Below are positions 16,767 through 40,301 of a stretch of 64,000 nucleotides of DNA, piece after piece. The translations under genes and the position numbers were made by a program. Position 1 is the stretch's first letter. Each line of letters begins with the position of its first letter. This stretch comes from Haliotis cracherodii (Eukaryota). The notes under the pieces are model-generated. The model did no database searches and had not been told where the DNA came from. It worked only from the letters and a program-made list of their open reading frames with translations. The stretch is from the NCBI RefSeq assembly GCF_022045235.1, contig NW_027266319.1, positions 16,864,001 to 16,928,000 of the forward strand. The letters run 5' to 3'.

Positions 16767-17402
16767 CCCAGTGTTGTAAGGTTCAGTGCCAAAACTTGCA
16801 AAGCTAACTTAAATCTGCGCAAGAACATTTTATATCAGAGCTAAAGTATTTATATGTATTTTTACGTAAATTTATTCTGATTTATTGTCAGGAGATTGGT
16901 GTGTTTTGAATATGCTGTGTACATACTTTTAGTCTCTCATAACTCCAAAAGGAGTTGCTCCTATTTATATCACAATATATAATGTTTCATATGTTAAAAC
17001 AAGGTGAGACTCAAATATACTAGATTTCTGTCTGTCTGTCTATTAACCTCCTCGAGTATGCATGATCAGAACACACAATCGGACTTTCGCTGTCTGTTCT
17101 GATTGGTCGGATGAAAGGTCATTCTGAAGTAACCTATAATGGGAAATCCTCTTATCTATGTGCAGCGGTAGCGAGCACTAAGATCTGGATCTAAAGAGAC
17201 TGTCCTGTTTCGGCGACTGTTTTTAGCCTAATAACGTATTGATAACGTTTGTCAGTTTTTGGCCAAATCAAATTTCAACTGTTTGGTTTCTTTTCATATT
17301 CAAACAAAATCGACTTTAACACATTTCTTTTTATATTTTCAGAATATAGGATCAGAATTCTTTGGGGAGGACGAAAATGCAAACTTGTGTGGTCCTCACA
17401 TA

Positions 17403-17685
17403 GTCACGGGGTGGAACGGGTGGCCCAGTCATCTAAGACGCCACGATTTGCTGTGCAGAGTTGCGTCTCTTGGGCATGCCAGAACCCTATGATTGTGGGT
17501 TCGAATTCCGGTTCGCCTCGATTATGTTTCTAGGTTTGTCAGAACCATATCCGTGCTCGTGGGTTTAATCGAAATGGTAAACGTCTGAGACCAGCATCAC
17601 TTCGGGCCTTCCACCCACATAAAGCTGACACGCCGTGATATAACTGGAATACTGTTACAAGCGGCATTAAACCCAACTCACTCAC
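17403..17685 (+). mobile_element. SINE family B, inverted relative to 16488-16766
   Basis: Homology to 6632-6908. Confidence 0.8.
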
Positions 17686-17789
17686 TGACATAGTCACGAT
17701 CGAAAATCAAACAAAAGAGTAAACATTTTAAACTATTTTTTATTCGGTCGTTCCATTCGGGGAACATTTGATTGTCAACTGGGGTAGCA

Positions 17790-19984
<2,195 letters not shown>

Positions 19985-20071
19985 GATTGTTGTAGGTAGA
20001 TGTGGATCTCACGTGGACTGCAAGTTGTCTGAGGTGAGAAAATCTGATGTAGAGAACAGGTCCCCGGACAC

Positions 20072-20140
20072 TTATATACACGTCGTGTTCAACTGGTTGT
20101 CAAGGACGCTGATCCCCAGTAACCGTTGCTAAGCTCATTA
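20072..20140 (-). promoter_or_regulatory. copy 3 core promoter module plus TATA
   Basis: Same module at 20096-20140; TATATAA 20072-20078. Confidence 0.7.
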
Positions 20141-20474
20141 CGACGGCGGCGTCTGGGGTTTAAGGGTGAAGGTTCACTTGAGTCGGGATTATCATTGTGT
20201 TCTTAATCATGTAAATGCTGAGAGCCTAATTAACAGAAGGTACATTGACAACTTAATTAATGATTGTTTACTTGTAGCACCGTATTGTTCCTTGCTACAA
20301 CTTGTGAGCTATTTTATTTACTTAATGTATGAGACTTCTATGTTTCTACAGCCTGGGCTCATATCCAAAGTTTCTTTTTTATGTTTTTTCCAACATGGTG
20401 TAACGTTTAATCTATTATGATACATTTTATTTCCCGAGACTAAACTAAATTTTACTGTTAACCGATACGAAGTA

Positions 20475-20649
20475 CAGTAAACTACGGTTACAACGTACTC
20501 AAACGGACTACTAATTTTAGTTCGTTATAACCGTAGTTCGTTATAAGCATATATACAACATAACTACAGCAAATAGTTGGGACTAAAAAGTAAGTTCGTT
20601 ATATCCATCAGGTCGTCATAAGCGTGTTCGTTTTAACCGTAGTCTACTG
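20475..20649. mobile_element. Tc1/mariner-type MITE with TA TSD
   Basis: TA|CAGTAAACTACGGTTA...TAACCGTAGTCTACTG|TA; sister copy 40302-40447, partial copy ~10760-10835. Confidence 0.8.
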
Positions 20650-20734
20650 TAGGTTCTTTTCCAAGACCCAGCGTGATGCGATGTTTCATTGGTAGCAAAC
20701 AATTTTCTTTCCATGGCCGACCGAAATGCGCACT

Positions 20735-21055
20735 TAATGTTTTACTGATATGAAATAGATTACTTTCTTAGACCCAGACAGAAGCAATGTTTTACTGATA
20801 TGAAATGTATTACTTTCTTAGACCCAGATAGGTGCACTGTTTCACTAATATGAAAGAGATTACTTTCTTAGACCCAGATAGGTACAATATTTCACTAATA
20901 TGAAATAGATTACTTTCTAAGACCCGTATATGTGCAATACTCCACTAATATGAAAGAGATTACTTTCTTAGACCCAGATAGAAGGAATGTTTCACTAATA
21001 TGAAATATATTACTTTCTAAGACCCAGACAAATGCAATGTTTCACTGATATGTAA
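20735..21055. repeat. 50-bp minisatellite (~6 units) upstream of copy 3
   Basis: Unit TACTTTCTTAGACCCAGATAGGTGCAATGTTTCACTAATATGAAATAGAT; degenerate homolog at ~26220-26640. Confidence 0.85.
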
Positions 21056-22239
21056 GATTTTACTTCCAACAGTAGATGTATCGCTTTACCGATACCAACG
21101 ATTTATAAGTTAATGAAGCATCAACCGTCTGACGTCTAGAAAATGTACATATGTGAAATATGCAAACCATGTTTCAAAGTATATCTATCACAAGTAACGA
21201 CAGAACTGCGCTTGATAAACATGTGTCCACACCAATGAATGTTAAACTGATATAGAATCCTCTACACTTTACTGAGGTATTGCTCTCTGCAAGGCATTTC
21301 CGACATCTGGTGACTTTTAACTGTTGCAAATTATCGCATAAGAAGTTGCACCATTTCATCAACGTATTATGTACAGCCTTGAAAATCCACGAAAACCATT
21401 GTGTGTTTATAGTGCTTCATTTTTGTTAACTCAAGTGTGCACCCTGTCCACCATTTCGGAATAGTGAGAGAGTTTCCTTCCCCTAACCGACTGTTTCTTC
21501 ATTGTAATGTGAAATAGGTGAAGGGTTCGAGGCTATCTACAATGGAAGGCCAAGTCAAAAAGCTAACACGCAAAAGCGTTGCACAACACAGCACGTGCAC
21601 ATGAAGTCACGTGCAGTACGTCATCGGGTGTCTGCCAGTAGAAGGCTGCATCTTGAAGCTCTGTCAAACAACGTTTTTCATAAACAACGGTATAACTTAT
21701 ACCTGTAATATTCAATGCAGATCAAGATGATAACGTGCCTTAATAAGTGATTTAGACAATTTAACGTGATAATGTGCAGACTCAATCTGGACAGATGTTT
21801 CAAAGTGGATATATTTTTCGTTGATAGCGTTTTACGCAGTTTCCACATATTTGGCCAGATATAACCATTTTTTCGGATACAAAGAAGTCGTCGTTTGGGG
21901 AAGAGCTTCACACCTGAAAAGATTGTGAAACTCGTCTCCAACAGCAGATGAATTGCACAGATGCGGTCTTCTCTCAGAAACCCTTGCCATCGGCCGGTTT
22001 CAATTGGTTAATGATTATTCGAAGTGCGAAAATGTAAAATCGGTAAGTAGATAGTTTTGGAAAGTAATAGAAAATTTTCGAATTTTGGTTATTCTTCAAA
22101 GCGTTGGTAATTGAAACCTTTTGGTCTTGATAAGATACATTCTCGCCACTGTTGTATAAATTGGTCTTTAAGAATTCTCTCCACCTTTGAAACCAGCCAA
22201 AAAGTTGAGCAAATAGATGGGTTTATTTGATTGCAAATA

Positions 22240-22625
22240 GATTGTATCGACTGAAGAATGTGTGGTATTGACTACACAATGTATGGTATTGACAGCACAA
22301 CGTAAGGCATTGACTGTACACAATGTATGGTATTTACTATACACAACGTATTGTATCGACTATACAAAATGTATGGTATTGATTGTAAATACTCTAATGT
22401 ATGTTATTGACTTCATAACGTATGCTATTGACTATAAACAGTTTCTTGAAAGGAATAATCTATGGTATTGACTATACACAACTTTTTGTATTGACTGCCT
22501 ATAATGTATGGTATTTTCTGTACACAGCGTATGGTAATCACTATATTATTAACTGTACACAATGTATGGTATTCATTGTGCACAACTTATGGTAATCGCT
22601 GTAGACAACGTATGGTATCGGCTAT
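22240..22625. repeat. 23-bp minisatellite, degenerate
   Basis: TATTGACTATACACAATGTATGG units. Confidence 0.75.
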
Positions 22626-23383
22626 CCATGGTGTGACCCGAACCCGGTTGTTTCACTTGGCGAGTAAGTGAGTTTACATCACATCGGCAATTTTCAGCCA
22701 TATTGTGACGAACAAGACAAGTAGAGGGTTCTAAAACCCAATATGAAATGCAACATCTTTTAAGAGCGTATCATTCTTAATACGCCAAAGTCCAATGACT
22801 CAGTGCACCATATCCAATGGCGTCAATATCAACTTAATCCTAAGAATGCAGTGGTGACTTTGGAATACATAGGGGCGCGGGAGGGTTCGGTATTGATGGG
22901 TGGAGGGGTTCAAATAATTGGGGAATCCACTAAGTATACGTCTAAAAAACCCGTTCCTGAATAACTGTTTCTTACTGAATTTTTGAATCAATATGCGAAG
23001 GCCAGACACGCATGTGATTACAGCTATACACGGTTACATGAAAGGTTTTAAAAGTATTGAATCCTCTTTCATCATCAGTTATACATAGTTGCACAAAAAT
23101 GCTGTGTGTAGGGACACAAATTAATTGTTAGTTGCCAAAGGATCCACTCCGGGTAGTATAAACAATGAGGGTGATTAAATGCGAATAATCAGGTAATGAA
23201 AAAATATCTATTTCAGCCTTTTAAAAAATGACGAAAATCAATTATTTTCCTTGTGGTCTTCGGATACTCCCGAAAGCAAGCAAAAATCAATACTATACAA
23301 AAACAAAAACAAAACATTTGTTTGTGAGCTTTTTTATTCGGTCGTTCCATTCGGGGAACATTTGAGCGTCAACTGGGGTAGCA

Positions 23384-25747
<2,364 letters not shown>

Positions 25748-25828
25748 GATTGTTGTATGTAGATCTCACGTGGACTGCAAGTTGTCTGATGTGAGAAAGT
25801 CTGATGTAGAGAACAGGTGCATGGACAC

Positions 25829-25897
25829 TTATATACACGTGGTGGTCAGTCGGTTGTCAAGGACGCTGATCCCCAGTAACCGTTGCTAAGCTCATTA
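25829..25897 (-). promoter_or_regulatory. copy 4 core promoter module plus TATA
   Basis: Module 25853-25897; TATATAA 25829-25835. Confidence 0.7.
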
Positions 25898-27119
25898 CGA
25901 CGGCGGCGTCTGGGGTTTAAGGGTGAAGGTTCACTTGGTGATTGAGTCGGAATTATCGCTGTTCTAAATAATCTAAATGGTGGCAGCCTAATTAACACAA
26001 GTTAGATTGACACATAATTAATAATTGTTTGCTTGTAGCATCGTATTCATACCTTGTTACAACTTGGTAGCTCTTTTATTTGCTTTTTGCTAAATGAGAG
26101 TTTACAGAGCCCGAACTAATATCCAAAGTGTCTTTTGTGCTTTTTGTTTAATTTCATTCATCGTTTGAACAATATACCAAAACAAAGCTAGATGTATTGG
26201 TTAATCGATACGAACTAGCTTCTTTTCCAAGACCCAACGATGTTTCGCTGATATGAAATTGTTAATTTTCCATGACTCAGCTCGCTGCAGTGTTTCCCAG
26301 GTAGAAGACGTTAATGTTTCATAACTCAGCTCAATGCGGTGTTTTACTGTTAGGAAATAGTTATTTTTCCAAGATCAACATATATTCAATGTTTCACCAG
26401 GATGAAATAGTTAACTTACCAAGGCCAAAACACATGCGATATTTTCTCTGATATGAAATAGATTACGTTCCCAGAACAATGCATGTGCAGTATTTTACTG
26501 ATGTGAAAATATTTAACATTTCAGTACTTGCTGGATGTAAAGTGTGATTGGTATGAAATAGATTACTTTCTGACACCCAGATGGATGCAATGTGTCGCTG
26601 GTAAGAAAGTGTCTTTTTCCGAGACGTCATGTTTGACTTTACTGATACGTAACGAGGATATTGACTGATACCTACATCAGATAATGTAGCATTAACATAC
26701 AGACATCTAGAAAATGTAGTTTTGTATTTAAGTCCATGTAGATTTATCATAAGTAACAGCAGAAGATGCTTGATAAACATGCGTTGCCATCCATATTCAT
26801 GCATGTTGAGTGAGTGAGTGTGATGGGTTTACCGCCACTTTCCATGCATGTAGAACTAATGATAGAAACCGCTACACAATACTGAGGTATAGCACTCCGT
26901 AGGGTATTTCCGACATCGGATGACTTTTTAGTTTTGCAAATATCACATAAAACGTTGTCCTATCTCCTCAACGTATTATGTACAACCTTGAAAATCCGCG
27001 ACAACTATTGCGTGGTCAAATTTGGTTTAAGTGTGTCATGTTTGTGGCCTTTAGTATGCACCGTGTCCGCCATTTCGGAATAACGTGATAATATGGTGTT
27101 ACCTCCCCTTAATTTTTTT

Positions 27120-27362
27120 GTTTTGTTCGTTTGTTGTTTGCAATATTCCGGCTATATGACGGCGGTCTGTAAACAATCGAGTCTGGACCAGACAATCCAG
27201 TTACTGACATCCACGCAATTGGGATACGATGACATGCATCAACCAAGTCAGCAAGCCTGACCACCCGATCCCGTTAGGCGCATCTTACGACAAGCATAGA
27301 CCCCTTTTACGGCAAGTATGGGTTGCTGAAGACCTATTCTATCCCGGATCTTTTCAGGGGTC
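27120..27362 (-). mobile_element. family C retroposon
   Basis: Homology to 7857-8128; absent from the paralogous flanks at ~21490 and ~33140. Confidence 0.8.
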
Positions 27363-27619
27363 GTATTTATTATGATGTGACAAGATTAAATAGAGAAGGG
27401 TTCTTGGCTTTATACAAGAAAACGCCAAGTAAACACTGACTTTACCGCGTTGCACAACACAGCACGTGCACATACAGTGATGACACACTAAGGCACGTGC
27501 AGCACGCCAACAGGTGTCTGCAGGTAGAAGGCTTCATTCTGAAGCTCTGTCAAACAAGGTTCTTCATAAACAACGGTATAACTTACACCGCCACTACTGT
27601 AATGTAGGGTGTTGCCAAT

Positions 27620-28290
27620 ACACACCGTATTGTATCGACTATACACGATGTATTGTATTGACTATACACAATTTATTGTATTGACTGTACACAATGTATT
27701 GTATCGCCTATACACAAGGTATGGTATTGACTATACACAGTGTTTTGTGTTGACTATACACAGTTTATTGTATTGACTATACACAATGTATTGTATTGGC
27801 TGTGCACAATGTATTGTATTGACTATATGCAATGTATGGTATTGACTATACACAATATATGGTATTGACTATACATAATGTATGGTATTGACTATACACA
27901 ATGTATTGTATTGACTATTCATAATGTAGTGTATTACCTATACAAAATGTATTGTATTGCCTATACACAGCGTATTCTATCGACTATACACAATGTATTG
28001 TATTGACTATACACAATGTATTGTATTGACTTCACACAATGTATGATATTGACTGTACACAATATATGGTATTAACTAAACACATTGTTTAGTATTAACT
28101 AAACACATTGTTTAGTATTAACTGTACACAATGCATTGTTTTGACTGTACACAATGTATGGTACTGGCTATACACAATGTATGGTATTGACCACACAACG
28201 TATGATATTGACAGTATACAGACTGTATGGTATTGACAACACAACGTATGCTATTGAATGTACACAACAAATGGTATTCACTGTACACAA
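27620..28290. repeat. 23-bp minisatellite (~28 units)
   Basis: GACTATACACAATGTATTGTATT units. Confidence 0.9.
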
Positions 28291-29185
28291 TTCATAACAG
28301 ATTATTTTAGCCATATATTTTCATAAAGAATGCATCATCAGATACACAGGTCATCGTGTGGCTGGGCATTTGGCAGCCTCCATCAATACTGCATCCATAT
28401 CACAATAGGGGGACACCACGCAAGTGCTTCCCACGCTGTCCTCATGTTGGGACTCGAATCCCATTCTTTCCCATGGCGAGTGACTGACTTAATATATTAA
28501 GTCTTACGGGCAATATTTCAGCCATATGGTGACGGACATGAAGAGTAAACCCCTCTAATCCCACTATAAAATTCAAAATCTGCATACAGCTTATTATCCA
28601 TTATTCCATTTACATGCACATCCCTTCGAATGAACTCGGTGCACCATATCTATTGGTGTTAAAATCAACCCAAGAATGCAGTGATTAATTTGGAATACAT
28701 TGAGGACAGGGTATTCGGAGGGGGTCCGAATAATTCGGGAACTCGGGGAAGAAAAGGTCCCTGGCTACGTTCCTGAATAACTGTTCCTGACTGAGATATT
28801 TAACCATCATGCGAAAGTATCACGTTCTCGTTAAAGGATTTACAAATGTTGAATCCTCTCGGTATCAGTAAAACGTATTTGCACCAGAAAGCTGTGTGTG
28901 GAGACAAACATTGCGTTATCTGCTAAATGGTCCACTTAAGTGCTGTTAACATATATAAGTGAGAGGCAGCTTTAATGCGTATGACAATGTAAAGTATAAA
29001 TATTGCATACCTGTATCCTTTATGGTGATAATTCAATCCTATTATTTTTCTTGGTATTGTCTCCCAATAAACATGAAAGCAAGTAAACTAAATACTGTAA
29101 ACAGACAAAGACAAATATTTGTTTTACGCTTTTTTATTCGGTCGTTCCAATCAAGGGAACATTTGAGTGTCAGTTTGGGGTAGCA

Positions 29186-31373
<2,188 letters not shown>

Positions 31374-31454
31374 GATTGTTGTATGTAGATCTCACGTGGA
31401 CTGCAAGTTGTCTGAGGTGAGAAAGTCTGATGTAGAGAACAGGTGCATGGACAC

Positions 31455-31523
31455 TTATATACACGTAGTGGTCAGTCTGTTGTCAAGGACGCTGATCCCC
31501 AGTAACCGTTGCTAAGCTCATTA
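31455..31523 (-). promoter_or_regulatory. copy 5 core promoter module plus TATA
   Basis: Module 31479-31523; TATATAA 31455-31461. Confidence 0.7.
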
Positions 31524-32164
31524 CGGCGGCGGCGTCTGGGGTGCAGGGGTTAATGTTCACTGGGTGACTGCGACGGGATTATCATTTTGTTCTAAATCAT
31601 CTAAATGCTGACAGCCTAATTAACAGATGGTACATTGAACACTTAATTAATGATTCTTTACTTGGAGTATGGCATTCATTCCTTGGTGCAGCTCGTTAGC
31701 TCTGTTCTTTACTTTATGCTAATGAGAGTTCTGAGTTTCCTCAGCCTGGTCTTATATCTAAAATGTCTATTTTTTCGACTTGGTGCAACGTTTTACTTTC
31801 CAAGACAAGTCTAAATGTAACGGTTAACCCATATAAAATACTTTCTTTTCCAAGACTTAGCTCGATGCAATGTTTCATTGGTAGGAATTCTTTTCCTTTA
31901 AAAGACACGACGAGTTGCAATGTTTTACCGATATGAAATATTTTACTTACTAAGACCCAAGTGTATTCAATGTTTAACAGGTAACAAAAGTTCACTTTCC
32001 AAGACACAGTGATATGTTTCATTCAATTTAGTATAATTACACGTTTACAAGATGCGATGTTTATTTGATAGAAAAAAACAACAACGTACAACTTTATGAA
32101 TAACAACTTCTGGTTTATTGCATTAAGCGACGTTTCGAGGTAGATTCTTTCACCGTTATCAAGG

Positions 32165-32666
32165 AGACAGATGCAATGTGTTACTGATATGAAATACATT
32201 ACTTTCTAAGACCCAGCTATATGCAATGTGTTACTGATATGAAATACATTACTTTCTAAGACCCAGCTATATACAATGTGTTACTGATATGAAATACATT
32301 ACTTTCTAAGACCCAGCTATATGCAACGTGTGACTGATATGAAATATATTACTTTCTAAGACCCATATAGGTGCAATACTTCACTGATATGAAATATATT
32401 ACTTTCTAAGACCCATATAGGTGCAATACTTCACTGATATGAAATATATTACTTTCTAAGACCCATATAGGTGCAATACTTCACTGATATGAAACATATT
32501 ACTTTCTAAGACCCACATAGGTGCAATACTTCACTGATATGAAATATATTACTTCCTAAGACCCATATAGGTGCAATACTTCACTGATATGAAATATATT
32601 ACTTTCTAAGACCCATATAGGTGCAATACTTCACTGATATGAAATATATTACTTTCTAAGACCCAG
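32165..32666. repeat. 50-bp minisatellite (~10 units) upstream of copy 5
   Basis: ACTTTCTAAGACCCATATAGGTGCAATACTTCACTGATATGAAATATATT units. Confidence 0.9.
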
Positions 32667-33531
32667 TGTGTGTCCGTTCAGTGATAATGATAAGACACTA
32701 ATGATGTAGCATTAAAAGACCGACATCTAGAAAATCTATATTTGTACTCTAATCATGTTTCAATGTACATTTATCATAAGTGACAGCAGAACTGTGCTTG
32801 ATTAACATGCATTTACATCCATACCCATGCATGTTGAGTGAGTGAGTGTGTTGGGTTTACCACCACTGTCCATGCATGTAGAACTAATGATAGAAACCGC
32901 TACACTATACTGAGGTATAGCACTCCGTAGGGTATTTCCGACATCGGATGACTTTTTAGTTTTGCAAATATCACATAAAACGTTGTCCCAACGCCTCAAA
33001 GTATTATGTACAACCTTGAAAATCCGCGACAACTATTGCGTGGTCAACATTTGGTATAAGTGTGTCATGTTTGTGGCCTTTAGTATGCACCGTGCCCACC
33101 ATTTCGGAATAACGTGATAATATGGAGTTACCTCCCCTTAACTCACTGTTTGTTCACTGTAATATGAAAAAAAATAAAAAGAGAAGGGTTCGAGACTTTA
33201 TGCAATGAAAGTATATGTCATCAGATACCCACGTCATCGGGTGTTTTTTGGTGTCCGAATAATTTTGGAATTCGGTGAAGAATACGTCCCAGAACACGTT
33301 CGCGAATTACTGTCTGAGATTTTTTATCAAAATTTGCAACTCAGACACGCACGCAATTCTTGGTTATACACGATTCTCTGAAACTTCGCGTGCGTGGTTG
33401 AGGGGTTAACAAGTGTTGGATCCTTTGTCATCATCAGTTATACCCTAGCACCCAATGCTAGTAGTAAGAAGAGACTAATTGGGAATTTCGGATTAGAGTT
33501 GGTCCCTAGCAACCTCTGCTGGTCGTAGGAG

Positions 33532-33824
33532 TGAGTGAGTGAGTCAGTGAGTGAGTGAGTTGGGTTTAACGCCGCTTCTAACAGTATTCCAGTCATATCG
33601 CGGCGTGTCAGCTTAATGTGGGAGGAAAGCCCGAAGTGATGCAGGTATTAGACGTTGACCACTTCGGTGAAACCCACGAGTACGGGTATGGTGCTGAGAA
33701 ACCTAGAAACATAATCGGGGCGAACCGGGATTCGAACCCACAATCATAGGTTTCTGGCGTGCCTAAGGGACGCAAGCCTGCACAGCGAATCACGGCCCCT
33801 TAGACGACTGGGCCACCCGTGCCC
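33532..33824 (-). mobile_element. SINE family B inserted into an old family C element, 16-bp TSD
   Basis: CTGCTGGTCGTAGGAG at 33516-33531 and 33825-33840. Confidence 0.85.
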
Positions 33825-35008
33825 CTGCTGGTCGTAGGAGGCGACTTAAGGTGTTTGCTCGGTGTCTTGGTTGATGGCGTGAATCCTTTGCATACGATGT
33901 CAGTCACTGGAGTGTTTGGTCGATTATTTCCATCGTATAGCTGGAATATTGCTGAGTACGGCATTAGACAACAGGACTCGTGGAAGCTGGAAGGAGATCA
34001 AAGCTGCGTGCACAGTTGGATTAACTAAAGTGGGATTATTATTGGCGGAACGTAGTTAAATTGGGACCTTGAGTCATCAGTCATTATGTTTTCGGCTTAG
34101 TCAGTAAAACTAAACACGCGATTGTCGGACATGCTGTCAAGTTGAATCCCATTGCGAATGTCGATCGTTAGTTTGTCTGAAGGGAAACATGTGGATTACT
34201 GGCACTGATTTCATTTCAGCACAGTAGTTCTTGTTTTCAAATACCAACTGCTTTGTTGTGTAGTTAGAATACTTTTGTAAACGATTTTTCTGAGATGTTA
34301 GCACGATTACGAAAAACAATATTCTTTTTATTTACGTTAAGCATTTGTTTATAGACGGTCCCTCAGCTGTTCTAGCGGTAACGCCAATTAGTGCCCACCT
34401 GTTATATTGACTTCTTGTTCAAGGGGAGAGTTCGGAAAATTGCTGTGAGAAAAGTGGACATTAAATTGCACTGGGATTTTTCAAATGAGCAAAGACAAGT
34501 TCCCTGTAGTTGTTAAACTACACGGAACTTGTCTGACTGTCTTTCACCTGGTAAATGAACAAACGTTCCAGAAAGCGTATATATGTGCTCGTTGTACAAT
34601 ATTTCTAAGGCAGAGAAGCGACACCAAGCGGAGGATCCAGGAACGAGTCTAACGAAAGCTCCAACGTCGTGACGTCTTTGAGCCCTTCTGGTATCTTTCA
34701 GTTCTGAAATCTGGTGCCTGTGCCTCGTTCTGGTACCGAATTACTCTTTGATTAACTTACATCACATGTGACCAGTCATGACACAACACATGAATGAATT
34801 GAGTTAAAAGTCACATAACTTTTCACTTAGAAATGCGTGCGTAACAGAAAGTATAGGCTATGAAATAGGTGGAAACCAAGAGCGAATGCTCCATGAAATT
34901 GAGAATAGAAGTCGAAGGCCATGTAGGACTAGAACAGAGTCTCCAGGACCGAGTTCTAGCACCCATGCTTGTCGTACAAGCCAAATCATGAACGCGGGTA
35001 GTTGGAAC

Positions 35009-35103
35009 GCGATCTTAGCACTACGATGATCGTAAGCGTATGTTAAAGTATGGGACTTACGATCACCTTAGCGCTAAGATCGCTTTGAGGAACGGGGCCC
35101 TGG
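35009..35103. mobile_element. palindromic MITE remnant
   Basis: GCGATCTTAGCACTACGATGATCGTAAG...CTTACGATCACCTTAGCGCTAAGATCGC followed by TTTGAGGAACGGGGCCCTGG. Confidence 0.55.
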
Positions 35104-35827
35104 CTGACTGTGTGTCGTCTTGCTACGATGCTCACTGGTTTCAGTGGCCCGGACACAAGTAGTTACACATTGTCGTGATATAGCTACATGCAGGTGATTG
35201 AAGCATGAAACACCATTGACTAACTCACTCTCTCACATATGGGTCGGTGTGGTAGCCTAGTGGTAAAAAGGTACTGGCCCGGGTTCGATTCCACATGTGG
35301 GTACAACGTGTGTCCAGCTCTGTGTTATTGCTTGAATATTGCTAAAGGGCCGTAAATCCATACTCGATTACCCACTCACTTATCCAACCCGACATCAAGG
35401 CACACCGACGTACAGCCATGTATGGCTTGTTTTAGATACCTTACATGCATCCACACAGCCGTTCGTTAGTGTATGAGTCATGTGCGATCAACGTGTGATG
35501 TCAATGTAAAGCACACATCGTACTGATGAATAATGAACTGATAATACGAAAACAAATCAGAAAGACGTAAAAGTCTCGTCACGAAACAAATAAAAGTAAA
35601 TACAAATCTTCAAGCTAACGGCCCAGACCTTGTCCAGATGGAGCAATAAAGACATACCAGTGTCTCAACGAGCCTGTATATTGTGGGCGAGACTAATTAC
35701 GGACATCAATTTGGCCCATTGCTTTATGCTCTTTACAGATGTAAAAGAAATGCAAACGAAATATTTGTTTTCATATTTTATTCGGTCGTTCCATTCGGGG
35801 AACATTTGAGTGTCAACTGGGGTAGCA

Positions 35828-38482
<2,655 letters not shown>

Positions 38483-38569
38483 GATTGTTGTAGGTAGATG
38501 TGGATCTCACGTGGACTGCAAGTTGTCTGGTGTGAGAAAGTCTGATGTGGAGAACAGGTACCTAGACAC

Positions 38570-38635
38570 TTATATACACGTGGTGGTCAGCCGGTTGTCA
38601 AGGACGCTGATCCCTAGTAACTGTCGCTAAGCTAA
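38570..38635 (-). promoter_or_regulatory. copy 6 core promoter module plus TATA
   Basis: Module 38594-38632; TATATAA 38570-38576. Confidence 0.7.
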
Positions 38636-38936
38636 TTGCAAAGGGGTTAATTGAGTATTAGAGAAAGCAGCCTGGCGACATATGCTTGGGTGGGAAATAC
38701 CCACATGTTAGGTGGGTAGAGATTCACGAGTCACTGCTCACATCATTAGGGGTTGTTTTCTGAACAATGCACCTGTAAATCATTCATCAATTCACACAGT
38801 CTATGTCCGAGGACTCCAATTCGATTTATGGGATGTATGTATAGATTATGTACTCATAACCTGCTCAGAGTTCTTGCGTATAAACTTGAAAAGAGTACGA
38901 AACTGAGACAAAAACTGACCGCATTTAAATCAAGGA

Positions 38937-39225
38937 AGTGAGATGGATGAAAATGGAGTTCAACGTCGCGTTTAAAATATTGCACTTGTCTAGCGACGTG
39001 AATGTACGCGGGTGCGTGGCTGTTCGACTTATCCGGTCTTTACCTGTTTACTAGTGCTAGACCACGAGAAACCATTCCGCAGTTTAACATGAATACCCTC
39101 AGACACATTGTACTGGCTCCGAGTCGACCACTATGAACATCTTTCGATGCGACTAGCCTGGGAACCGCATCACCTACCTTTCGCTTTCTGGGCAGACACT
39201 TTATCAACTACACCACTTGGACAGT
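38937..39225 (-). mobile_element. SINE family A, degenerate
   Basis: AACGTCGCG...CCGCAGTTTAACATGAATACCC...CTCCGAG. Confidence 0.6.
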
Positions 39226-39584
39226 TTTTAATTTATGTGATTGTATGAAAACAAATAAATCTGTTTTTAAATCAAATAGACAATGTATGCTGGCCTGAAA
39301 AAAAAAATCAAAATAGTATTTAAATAAAGCAGTACAGAATATTTCCTTTACGTGACTTTCATTATCAGCTGATATACACGTCAACTTTAAACCATTAATT
39401 ATACAAAGGACCTATTTTACTTTAGCATTATACAAATGCATTTCAGTGCCTTTAGAGAATATAACATGAGGTAATGCGTCATCAAAGTAAACAACTGGGA
39501 TTCGAACCTACGACTAGTGGATCCCCATGCTGAGCCAGCGGTGTTCCCTTATTGGGAAGAGCCTCGATATTAGTCCCCATGCTA

Positions 39585-40300
39585 TCCATAAACTGGTTTT
39601 AGATACCATTGGTGTATACGCTCTAATATACAGTTGATTTTTATTTGCTATTCACAAACTGGTTTTATATACAGTTGGTTATATTTGCTATTCACAATTG
39701 GGTTTTATATACAGTTGGTTTATATTTGCTATCCATGAACTGTTTTTATATAGTGTCGGCTTGCATTTGCTGGTCACAAACTGGTTTTATATATAGTTGG
39801 TTATATTTGCTATTCACAAACTGGTTTTAAATACATTTGGTTTATGTTTGCGTTTTACAAATTTGTTATAAATACAGTTGGCATATATATGCTATTTATT
39901 AACTGTTTTTTTTAATAAGTTAGTTAATATATATGCTTTTCACAAACTGGTTTTATATACAGTTGATTATATTTGCTATTCATAAAAGTAGTTATATATA
40001 CAGTTGGTTTGTATTTGCTATTCATTTACTTACCTGCTCCATACACGACCTTCTTGATAATTATATACGATAGCTACATCTATGATCATCATGAGAGGTT
40101 ACATACGATTGAAATATCTTTGATCTTCATGAGATAGTTTTATACGATTGCTTTATCTATGATCTTTATGAAATGGTTATATACGATTGTAATATATATA
40201 TGATCTTCATGAGGTAACTATATACGATTGCTATATCTATGATATTCTTGAGATATGTATATAGATTGTTTTATGTTAGATTTTCATGATATAGTTATAT
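39585..40300. repeat. two adjacent ~40-bp minisatellites
   Basis: CTGGTTTTATATACAGTTGGTTATATTTGCTATTCACAAA units to ~40025, then ATATACGATTGCTATATCTATGATCTTCATGAGA-type units. Confidence 0.8.
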
Positions 40301-40301
40301 A

